From an uncultured Clostridia bacterium (GTDB lineage Bacteria > Bacillota > Clostridia > TANB77 > CAG-508): a stretch of 64,000 nucleotides of DNA. The position numbers were made by a program, and so were the translations under genes. The notes under the pieces are model-generated. The model was not told the DNA's origin. It did no database searches and was given only the letters and a program-made list of their open reading frames with translations. Shown in pieces: positions 9,756-17,512 of this stretch (positions are counted from its first letter, which is position 1; each line of letters opens with the position of its first letter). The DNA lies in NCBI GenBank assembly GCA_947628715.1, contig CANRAW010000002.1, positions 21,206 through 85,205 on the forward strand, given 5' to 3'.

Positions 9756-10065
9756 GCTTTTATGGTAATATAAGCATATAAATTAAAGAACTTTGAGAAA
9801 TATTGGTATAGATGTTTAAGCCCTATAAAATAGGTCATTTTAAGCAATTTTATATCTCATGGAGACCCAATTAGGAGACCCAAACTAAGTTACAAGTCAA
9901 TTTTTTCGCAGAAATAGAGGCTTTGAAAAAGGGGTACTTTTTTGACAGCTGCACCAAAATATCAGGTTAGAAATCAAATTTCTAACCTGTATTTTTTTGC
10001 GTAATTTCAGTAGACAATGGGACAGAAACAGACAGACAGATACAGAGAGAGAGACGGAGAGAGAA

Positions 10066-10119
10066 AGACAAGGGGACGGAGCTTTTGGAAAGACAAGGGG
10101 ACGGAGCTTTTGTCTTAAG
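10066..10119 (+). repeat. REP-like element: partial copy (10066-10087) plus full forward copy (10091-10119)
   Basis: AGACAAGGGGACGGAGCTTTTG followed by AGACAAGGGGACGGAGCTTTTGTCTTAAG. The core is self-complementary at its ends (AGACAA..TTGTCT). Confidence 0.85.
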
Positions 10120-10190
10120 GAAAATTAACTATAGACTAATTCATAATTATATGATATAAATAAAGTGTGGGGGCAAATTTTATATAGGAG

Positions 10191-10970
10191 ATGATAATTA
10201 TGCCCCGTAAGGCAAGAAAAAATATTGAGAGTCATTATGCTCATTTAATTATACAAGGAATAAATAGAGAGAATATTTTCAAGAAAAAGGAATGGAAAGA
10301 AGATTACATAAAAATATTAAAAAATAAAATAGACAATACGAATATTGAAATTTTAGCGTATTGTATGATGGATAATCATGCACATTTCTTAATGTATTAT
10401 GAAACATTAGGGGATGTATCTAATTTAATGAGAAAAATTAATACTACATATGCAATGAGATATAATAAGATTAACAAGAGAGTAGGTTTTGTTTTTAGAG
10501 ATAGATTTTTTACACAACCTATTTTAAATGAAATACAATTGTACAATTGCCTAGTATATATACATAGAAATCCAGTAAAAGCAGGAATCTGCTTAAAAAT
10601 GCAGGATTACAATTATTCAAGCTATAATGAATATATAAAAGAAAAAAATCTAATAACAGACAATAGTATAGAATTATTATTTGGTAGCAAATATAAATAT
10701 ATAGAGCAATTTAATGCTATACATAGTAAATTACAAGAAATAGAAGATATTAAAGATGTAATGGAATATAAAGATAATAGAGAAGAATTGTTAAAAAAGT
10801 ATGAAAATAAAATTAAAGGAAACTTAGTTGAAAATGAAGTTGAATTTGGCAATTTATTATTAGAAATGAGACAAAAATGTGGAATATCATTAAGAGAAAT
10901 GTCAAATATATTAAAAATTAATAAAGACAAATTGAATAAGTATATTCATAAGGCAATAGATAATAATTAG
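10191..10970 (+). CDS. IS200/IS605-like Y1 (HUH) transposase of the REP-associated (RAYT) type, with a C-terminal HTH-like tail
   Basis: HUH motif in MDNHAHFLM, catalytic Tyr context LVYIHRNPVKAG, and RVGFVFRDRFF. The gene is bracketed by inverted REP copies at 10091-10119 and 10982-11010. Confidence 0.8.
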   Translation: MIIMPRKARKNIESHYAHLIIQGINRENIFKKKEWKEDYIKILKNKIDNTNIEILAYCMMDNHAHFLMYYETLGDVSNLMRKINTTYAMRYNKINKRVGFVFRDRFFTQPILNEIQLYNCLVYIHRNPVKAGICLKMQDYNYSSYNEYIKEKNLITDNSIELLFGSKYKYIEQFNAIHSKLQEIEDIKDVMEYKDNREELLKKYENKIKGNLVENEVEFGNLLLEMRQKCGISLREMSNILKINKDKLNKYIHKAIDNN

Positions 10971-10981
10971 AGGGGAAAAAG

Positions 10982-11010
10982 CTTAAGACAAAAGCTCCGT
11001 CCCCTTGTCT
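10982..11010 (-). repeat. REP-like element, reverse orientation
   Basis: CTTAAGACAAAAGCTCCGTCCCCTTGTCT is the exact reverse complement of 10091-10119. Confidence 0.9.
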
Positions 11011-11059
11011 ACACAAAAATTGTATGAACACGAAAATTCTAATTCCAACTCTTATGGAG

Positions 11060-11578
11060 TTAGAATTTTTTTAACAATGTATATAATTCCTCTGTTTCAT
11101 TATTTGGAATCATCATAGAAAATTGTTGATTATCCTTTTTAAGTCGAATATTAATATCTCCATTTCTTGTAGAACCAACTCTATTCTTATATTTATTATT
11201 ATTTTGTATAAAGTTTTCTACGATACTTAAATCCTCACCATTTATTTTTGAAATATTATAGCTTATATAATATGGAGTATCTATTGCGAATAATTTTGTC
11301 TCTTTTAGTTTTAGATATTCAACTTTACCTTCATTTACAAAAAAAGTCAATTGTTCACCTCTAGTGCCATTAGTCCATGGATAAGTTATTACTATTAAAT
11401 AATCAACCTTTAGTACGGCATTATTACCATTTATATCGGCTATTCCCAATTCTTCAGGCAAGTCTTTTGCTATTTTAATTCCCATAATTGCGTTGTTAAT
11501 AACTGTTCTAAATAAAAATAGTGAAATTGCTATTACAGATATTAAAGTTATAAAAATTATTTTTTTATATTTTTTCAT
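11060..11578 (-). CDS. Secreted or membrane-anchored hypothetical protein
   Basis: 172-aa ORF with an N-terminal signal/anchor MKKYKKIIFITLISVIAISLFLF. Confidence 0.6.
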   Translation of the reverse strand: MKKYKKIIFITLISVIAISLFLFRTVINNAIMGIKIAKDLPEELGIADINGNNAVLKVDYLIVITYPWTNGTRGEQLTFFVNEGKVEYLKLKETKLFAIDTPYYISYNISKINGEDLSIVENFIQNNNKYKNRVGSTRNGDINIRLKKDNQQFSMMIPNNETEELYTLLKKF

Positions 11579-11671
11579 ATATTTTCCTTTTATATAATTA
11601 ATCTATTTATTTTAAATAATAACACAAATTTATATATTTATCAACAAGATATTAACAATACAATTAATTTG

Positions 11672-11713
11672 AGACAAGGGGACGGAGATTTTGTCTAAAT
11701 CCCTTTGTCTAAG
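11672..11713 (+). repeat. REP-like element, long forward variant
   Basis: AGACAAGGGGACGGAGATTTTGTCTAAATCCCTTTGTCTAAG. Confidence 0.8.
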
Positions 11714-11733
11714 TAAATATTTAATATTAGCAT

Positions 11734-11762
11734 TTGACAAATATATTAAAAGTGTGTATAAT
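11734..11762 (+). promoter_or_regulatory. Consensus sigma-A promoter driving a short non-coding transcript
   Basis: TTGACA (11734-11739), 17 nt, TATAAT (11757-11762). No SD-preceded ORF follows. Confidence 0.5.
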
Positions 11763-11768
11763 AAAAAC

Positions 11769-11863
11769 AAGAAATGAGAATCCACGAAAGTGGTTGCCCG
11801 AAAAGAAATTTTAAATAACCATTCTGTGCTTTATTTATCGGACAAAGCAGAATGGCTATTTTT
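11769..11863 (+). ncRNA. Candidate small RNA (putative type I antitoxin). The ends are approximate.
   Basis: It lies downstream of the consensus promoter. It contains a CCAC-GAAA-GTGG tetraloop hairpin (11782-11793) and a terminator hairpin CCATTCTGTGCTTT..AAAGCAGAATGG (11819-11855) followed by CTATTTTT. It is convergent with the small hydrophobic ORF and abuts its stop codon. Confidence 0.3.
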
Positions 11864-11975
11864 ATTGCCTATGTAGTAAGAAACAAATGATGATTAACAA
11901 GGCAAGGTTTATAATGGATATTCCTACTATTCCATAGAATAATAGGTAAGTTATCAATAATAAAGCATTTTCCAC
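11862..11975 (-). CDS. Candidate type I toxin: 37-aa hydrophobic peptide
   Basis: GTG start (complement of 11973-11975) 5 nt after GAGGGGGTGG. The peptide is (M)ENALLLITYLLFYGIVGISIINLALLIIICFLLHRQ. This is my own ORF call and it is below the track cut-off. Confidence 0.3.
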   Translation of the reverse strand: MENALLLITYLLFYGIVGISIINLALLIIICFLLHRQ

Positions 11976-12165
11976 GTTAACCACCCCCTCATATTCAGTC
12001 TCACAAGCATAAAAGCTGTGGAGTAGTTTGTAACATCAAAGAGTAAAAGGGGCAACCAAATCCGCTAGTTTTCATTTCATTTAACACTATACTACAAGTT
12101 TAACTAAAATACAAGCGAACAAAACAAAATTTTGTCAATTTTATCATAAATTTTTTATCTACTAT

Positions 12166-12208
12166 TTAGACAAAGGAACGGAACTATTATCTAAATCCAC
12201 TTGTCTAA
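12166..12208 (+). repeat. Degenerate long REP-like variant, forward
   Basis: TTAGACAAAGGAACGGAACTATTATCTAAATCCACTTGTCTAA is colinear with 11672-11713, with substitutions. Confidence 0.6.
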
Positions 12209-12212
12209 AAAG

Positions 12213-12241
12213 CTTAAGACAAAAGCTCCGTCCCCTTGTCT
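12213..12241 (-). repeat. REP-like element, reverse orientation
   Basis: CTTAAGACAAAAGCTCCGTCCCCTTGTCT is identical to 10982-11010. Confidence 0.9.
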
Positions 12242-12292
12242 AATAAAAAAGCAAACTGTATTGAATTAATACGGCTTGCTCTTTTTATAAGT

Positions 12293-13181
12293 TTATTTAA
12301 CAATAAAAGTCAATAATGCAGAAATTATATTTGCAATTAATGTATAACTTATTATTTTGTTTTTAGTTATATCACTAAAATATTTTTTGTAAATTAAGTA
12401 TTCTGAAAGGATTACAAGGATTTCCATGATTATAAATGTAATCATATATGGTATTGGTATATATATTAGTGATAATTGAAGTATAATGTTTGTTATTAGA
12501 TTTGTTATAAAGATAGTTTTAATGTTCTTTATTTTCATTATTAAAGCAATTATTATTTCGACAACAATAGTTAATATTAAAGCAATAGCGAAAGTTTTTA
12601 TGATTCTTGAACTACTTGCTTTTGTAACTGCTCCCATTGTATCTATGTCTATAGTAATATTACTTTGAAAGTCTGTTCTATTTATTACATCAGTTATTTT
12701 AGTTTCTCCAGTATCGTTGTTTATTATTACTACTCTATATTTGTCTGGTGTTCCAAAATAATTAAAAAAATGTTCGTGTTCAATATTTCCAGCACATTTG
12801 CCCCATAACAAACTGTTTCGCATGCATGAAGAAATCCAACCATCATAATCCATATTATATAAAGTTTCTGCTTGTTTGGCTGTTATTCCGTCTAGCTTGT
12901 GCAATTTTGTCAAAATAAACTGTTATTCCGTTCTTGTCTTTAACTCCATCTTTTAAGTCATATGTACGGCCATTACTTGAATAATTACTATCAGGATAAT
13001 AATCCTCATTTCTTTCAGCATGTTCAAATAAATCTATTGTATAATTACTTGTTTTCATATTTTTCAGATGAATAGTTATACTTGGTTTTGACCCCATATC
13101 AGCATTTACAATGTAATTAAATCCAAATAGCATTAGAAATATAATGCTAAGTATTAGTAAATTTCTACATTTTTTTAACAT
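12293..13181 (-). CDS. Secreted/membrane hypothetical protein (signal peptide plus C-terminal multi-TM region). Needs one +1 shift at CGG.
   Basis: Start is MLKKCRNLLILSIIFLMLFG after GGAGG. The in-frame CGG has its C complementary to 12890. Skipping it joins ..VYFDKIAQAR to GITAKQAETLYNMDYDGW.. (ORFs 12855-13196 and 12293-12913). Confidence 0.6.
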
Positions 13182-13277
13182 ATTAAATTCCTCCATTTTT
13201 TATATATTTTATCATATTCATTATTTTGAATCTATAATTTTACAAAAATTCTTGTTATTTTTTACTAATTACCAAAT

Positions 13278-13306
13278 AGACAGAGGGACGGAGCTTTTGT
13301 CTTAGG
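13278..13306 (+). repeat. REP-like element, forward variant
   Basis: AGACAGAGGGACGGAGCTTTTGTCTTAGG. Confidence 0.8.
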
Positions 13307-13346
13307 TTTTTTCACCCCTAATTATAATGATCTAGGGGTAATTTTC

Positions 13347-13375
13347 CTTAAGACAAAAGCTCCGTCCCCTTGTCT
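13347..13375 (-). repeat. REP-like element, reverse orientation
   Basis: CTTAAGACAAAAGCTCCGTCCCCTTGTCT. It forms an inverted pair with 13278-13306 around a CCCCTA..TAGGGG mini-palindrome. Confidence 0.9.
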
Positions 13376-13499
13376 AAACCTTGTCTATATTTTAATTGCT
13401 CTAAATAAAAATCAGCCAGAAAATACAAAAACAATTGATATTTTTATAAAAATGTGATATATTCTTTAATATAATATTGAAAAAAAAGGAGAAGGGCTT

Positions 13500-14228
13500 A
13501 TGTTCTATTCTGATAAGAGATTTATATACTTATTGTTAATTATCATGATATTAATGAGACTTATGTCTATGTCCAACATAGGGTGGCTAGTGCTTTTATA
13601 TACACTCCCAGGAGTATTACTTGCAATTAGCTTCCATGAGTTTGCACATGCTTATGCAGCAACAAAACTTGGAGACGACACCCCTGAAAACGAAGGAAGA
13701 CTTAACTTAAACCCATTAAGCCATATTGACCCAGTAGGTTTCGTATTACTACTATTCGTTGGTTTTGGTTGGGGAAAACCTGTACAGATAAATCCAAGAA
13801 ACTTTGATAGGAAATATTCAATGCTTACAGGAGAAGCAATAGTTGCAGCAGCTGGACCAATCATGAATTTCATTTTATCAATAGTACTTACAATAATTTA
13901 TTGTGCAATATTTAGATTTGCCAATTCATTTGTTGTAACAACTATAGGAGATATTATAATATCAATGATACAATATGCAATTATAGTAAATTTGGGACTT
14001 GGAATATTCAACTTAATACCACTTCCTCCATTAGATGGTTCAAAAATACTTATGAATTTTTTACCATATAATGCTAGACAATGGTTTGCAGAACATGAGC
14101 AATTATTTTACGTAGCATTTCTATTTATATGGATTTTCCAATTATCAGATTATATTGTAACACCAGTTCTTAACTTCATGTATAGTGGACTAATAAGAAT
14201 TTTTGGAACGTTATTTGGCATATTATAG
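13500..14228 (+). CDS. Site-2 protease family (peptidase M50) membrane metalloprotease
   Basis: HEFAHAYAA (HExxH) within a multi-TM protein, plus [12 protein letters not shown]. Confidence 0.8.
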   Translation: MFYSDKRFIYLLLIIMILMRLMSMSNIGWLVLLYTLPGVLLAISFHEFAHAYAATKLGDDTPENEGRLNLNPLSHIDPVGFVLLLFVGFGWGKPVQINPRNFDRKYSMLTGEAIVAAAGPIMNFILSIVLTIIYCAIFRFANSFVVTTIGDIIISMIQYAIIVNLGLGIFNLIPLPPLDGSKILMNFLPYNARQWFAEHEQLFYVAFLFIWIFQLSDYIVTPVLNFMYSGLIRIFGTLFGIL

Positions 14229-14242
14229 AGAAAGGAAAAAGC

Positions 14243-15239
14243 ATGAAGGACATAATAGTTTTAGGAATCGAAACAAGTTGTGACGAAACTTCCGCCTCAA
14301 TTGTAAAAAATGGGCGTGAAGTTCTTTCTAATGTAATAAATTCCCAAATTGCAATACATGAAAAGTTTGGAGGAGTTGTTCCAGAAATTGCATCAAGAAA
14401 ACATATAGAGGCAATTTCTACAGTTACAAAAGAAGCATTAAAACAAGCAAATATGCAATTTTCAGATATAGATGTAATTGCTTGCACTTATGGCCCTGGA
14501 TTAGTCGGCGCACTTCTTGTAGGTGTACGGATATGCTAAAGCATTAAGCTATGCACTTAAAAAGCCATTGGTTCGGCGTAAATCATATAGAAGGACACAT
14601 TGCAGCAAACTATATAACATTTAAAAATCTTGAGCCTGAATTTTTATGTTTGATTATTTCTGGCGGGCATACCCATTTGGTTAAAATCGAAGATTATACA
14701 AAATTTCAAATATTAGGAAAGACGAGAGATGATGCAATAGGAGAAGCATTTGATAAAGTTGCAAGAGTTATGGATTTACCATATCCAGGAGGACCAAAAG
14801 TAGATAAAATGGCAAAATGTGGGAAGCCAGTTTATGACCTCCCAAAAACGCACCTAGAAGGACTCGATTTTAGTTTTAGTGGGATAAAAACAGCAGTTAT
14901 TAATTTGAATCATAATAAAAAAGATATAAAAAAAGAAGACTTATGCGCAAGTTTTGAACAAGCAGTTACAGATATGTTAATAGAAAATACTCAAAAAGCA
15001 TTAGAACAAACAAAATTAAAGAAACTCGCACTTGCTCGGGCGGAGTTTCAGCTAATTCATATATAAGAGAAAACTTTTTAAAACTTGGAGAAAAATTAAA
15101 TACAGAAATATATTTCCCAAGAATCGACTTATGTACAGATAATGCTGCAATGATAGCATCTAGTGGATATTATAATTATATTTCAGGCAAAACATCTGAT
15201 TTAACACTAAATGCTATACCAAATTTGAAAATAGGATAG
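14243..15239 (+). CDS. tsaD: tRNA N6-adenosine threonylcarbamoyltransferase TsaD. Needs four +1 shifts at CGG.
   Basis: N-terminus is [21 protein letters not shown]. In-frame CGG has its C at 14528, 14574, 15037 and 15041. Skipping each C gives ..[28 protein letters not shown].. and ..[21 protein letters not shown], with TAG at 15237-15239. Confidence 0.85.
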
Positions 15240-15251
15240 GAGGATATTTTA

Positions 15252-15966
15252 GTGTCTATTTACGCAATAGCAGATTTGCATTTATCATTTGCAAATCCAA
15301 AGCCAATGGATATATTTGGAGAAAATTGGGCAAATCATGAAGAAAAAATAAAAGAAGACTGGATAAACAAAGTTAAAGAAGAAGACTTAGTATTGTTACC
15401 AGGCGACTTTTCATGGGCTATGGATTTACAAGATACATACAAAGACTTTGAATACTTAAATAGTCTCCCAGGGAAAAAGATAATGCTTAAAGGAAACCAC
15501 GATTATTGGTGGAATAGCTTAAAAAAACTTAGAGAATTTATAGATACAAATAATTTTACAAATATTGAATTTTTATATAATAATGCTTATGAATATGAAG
15601 AAAACATCATTGTTGGAACACGAGGATGGAACATGATTGCAAAAGAAGAAAATGATAGCACTGTAAAAAGAAGGGAATTAATACGACTTGAACTTTCAAT
15701 TAATGAAGGAATAAAAAAGTTTGGCGAAAACAAAAATATTATTTGCGTTATGCACTATCCACCAACAACTAACATTGCAAAAGAAAATTCAGAATTTATA
15801 AAGATAATGCAAAAATATAATGTAAAAACGTGTATATATGGGCATTTACACGGAGAATCACATAGTGAAGCAGTCTTAGGAGACGTTCGGAGGAATAAAC
15901 CTAAAACTTGTAAGTGCAGATTATTTGAATTTTAAATTAGAAAAAATATGTGGAGTTAAAAAATAG
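15252..15966 (+). CDS. Metallophosphoesterase (calcineurin-like). Needs one +1 shift at CGG near the C-terminus.
   Basis: GTG start after AGGAGGA. Motifs are IADLHLSF, GDFSW, GNHDYWW and HYPP. The CGG has its C at 15888, and skipping it gives ..VLGDVGGINLKLVSADYLNFKLEKICGVKK, with TAG at 15964-15966. Confidence 0.7.
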
Positions 15967-16844
15967 TGATAGGAAAAATTATAAAAAATGTGTCAAATAC
16001 ATATACGGTTAAACTTGAGAATCGGACAAGTATGTGAGGCAACAGCTAGAGGAAAACTAAAAACAGAAGAAATAAAACCAATGGTGGGCGATAATGTTTT
16101 AGTCGAAATCTTAGAAAATGGTACAGCTGTTATAGAAGAAATACAAGAAAGAAAAATAATGTTAAAAAGGCCAAGAGTTAGTAATATAACACAAGTTATT
16201 TTTGTTGTATCAAGCACTTTACCTAAGCCAAATTTATTAATTCTTGATAAAGAACTTGCATATTCGAGCTTTATAAGAGTAAAACCTATAATTGTTATAA
16301 ATAAAATAGATTTAAACAGTGAAGTAGCTGAAAAAATATATAATATATACAAATCAGCAGGATTTGATGTAATAAAAACAGATTCACTAAATGGAATAGG
16401 TATAGATTTATTAAAAGAAAAGCTAAAAAACAATACTTCTGTATTAGCACGGACAATCTGGCGTGCGGAAAATCCAGCCTTACAAATAGAATATTGAAAA
16501 AAGAAATGACAAACATTGGAGAAATAAGTAAAAAGAATAAAGCAGGAAAAAATACAACAACAGATATAAGTTTATATGAACTAGAAAATGATACTTATTT
16601 ACTTGATACTCCGGGATTTCAAACAATAGATATATATGAAATAGAAAGTAGAGAACTAGCAAAATATTTTATTGAGTTTAAAGACTATATACAAAATTGT
16701 GAATATGTTTCTTGCACACATATAAAAGAAGAAAAATGTGGAATAAAAAATGCACTTAAAGATGGGAAAATATCAAAAGAAAGATATGAAAATTATATAA
16801 AAATATATAATGATTTAAAAGATAAGGAGGAGCATAAATGGTAG
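15966..16844 (+). CDS. rsgA: Ribosome small-subunit-dependent GTPase RsgA. Needs three +1 shifts at CGG.
   Basis: GTG at 15966. In-frame CGG has its C at 16023, 16450 and 16466. The restored sequence is VIGKIIKNVSNTYTVKLENGQVCEATARGKLK.. and ..SVLAGQSGVGKSSLTNRILKKEMT..DTPGF..C..C.H..E..C. Confidence 0.85.
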
Positions 16845-17506
16845 AAATTTCAACATCAATATTAAATGTAGAAAAAAAAGATGCAATGAAAGTATTTTAT
16901 GGATTAGAAGTTGCACATACAGATTATTTCCATATAGATATAATGGATGGAAAGTTTGTGCCAAAAAATACTGCGGAACTTATGAAGGAATATACTACCT
17001 CAATTAAGCAAATGTCAAATATTCCACTTGATGTACACTTAATGGTAGAAAATGTAAAAGAATATGTTGACGAATATCTTGCTTTTGAGCCTAATATTAT
17101 TACATTTCATGTAGAAGCAATGTCTTCAAAAGAAGAAGTAATAAATATGATAAACTATATAAAACAAAATAATGTAAAGGTGGGACTTTCAGTTAAGCCA
17201 AATACGAAAATAGAAGATATATATGAATATCTACCTAATATACATTTATGTTTGGTTATGACAGTTGAGCCAGGTCTTGGAGGACAAAAACTTATACCAG
17301 AAACTTTAGAAAAAGTAAAAAAGCTAAAAGAATACATAGAAGAAAATAATATTGATATAGACATAGAAGTTGATGGAGGCATAAACTCAGAAACAATTGA
17401 GCAAGCAAAGAACGCAGGAGCAAATATATTTGTTGCAGGTTCTGCAATTGTAAATAAAGAAAATTATGAAGAAGCAATAGATAATTTAAGAAATGAGAAA
17501 GGATAA
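16838..17506 (+). CDS. rpe: Ribulose-phosphate 3-epimerase
   Basis: Intact ORF with the motifs HIDIMDGKFVPN-like, MTVEPGLGGQK and VDGGIN. Confidence 0.85.
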   Translation: MVEISTSILNVEKKDAMKVFYGLEVAHTDYFHIDIMDGKFVPKNTAELMKEYTTSIKQMSNIPLDVHLMVENVKEYVDEYLAFEPNIITFHVEAMSSKEEVINMINYIKQNNVKVGLSVKPNTKIEDIYEYLPNIHLCLVMTVEPGLGGQKLIPETLEKVKKLKEYIEENNIDIDIEVDGGINSETIEQAKNAGANIFVAGSAIVNKENYEEAIDNLRNEKG

Positions 17507-17512
17507 TTTAAT

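Larger units (their letters stand above)
1..9760. mobile_element. Integrative element (phage-satellite/ICE-like). The left end lies outside the window and the right end is approximate.
   Basis: Co-localised primase-helicase, Xis-like protein, XRE regulators, tyrosine integrase and nuclease-type cargo. No att repeats could be identified by eye. Confidence 0.55.

Noticed and set aside
10066-13375. The repeated 29-nt elements as a CRISPR array
   Set aside because: The copies occur in both orientations and are internally palindromic. They are separated by 40 to 900+ nt that contain whole genes, and there are no cas genes. The pattern fits REP/BIME-like elements associated with the adjacent HUH transposase.
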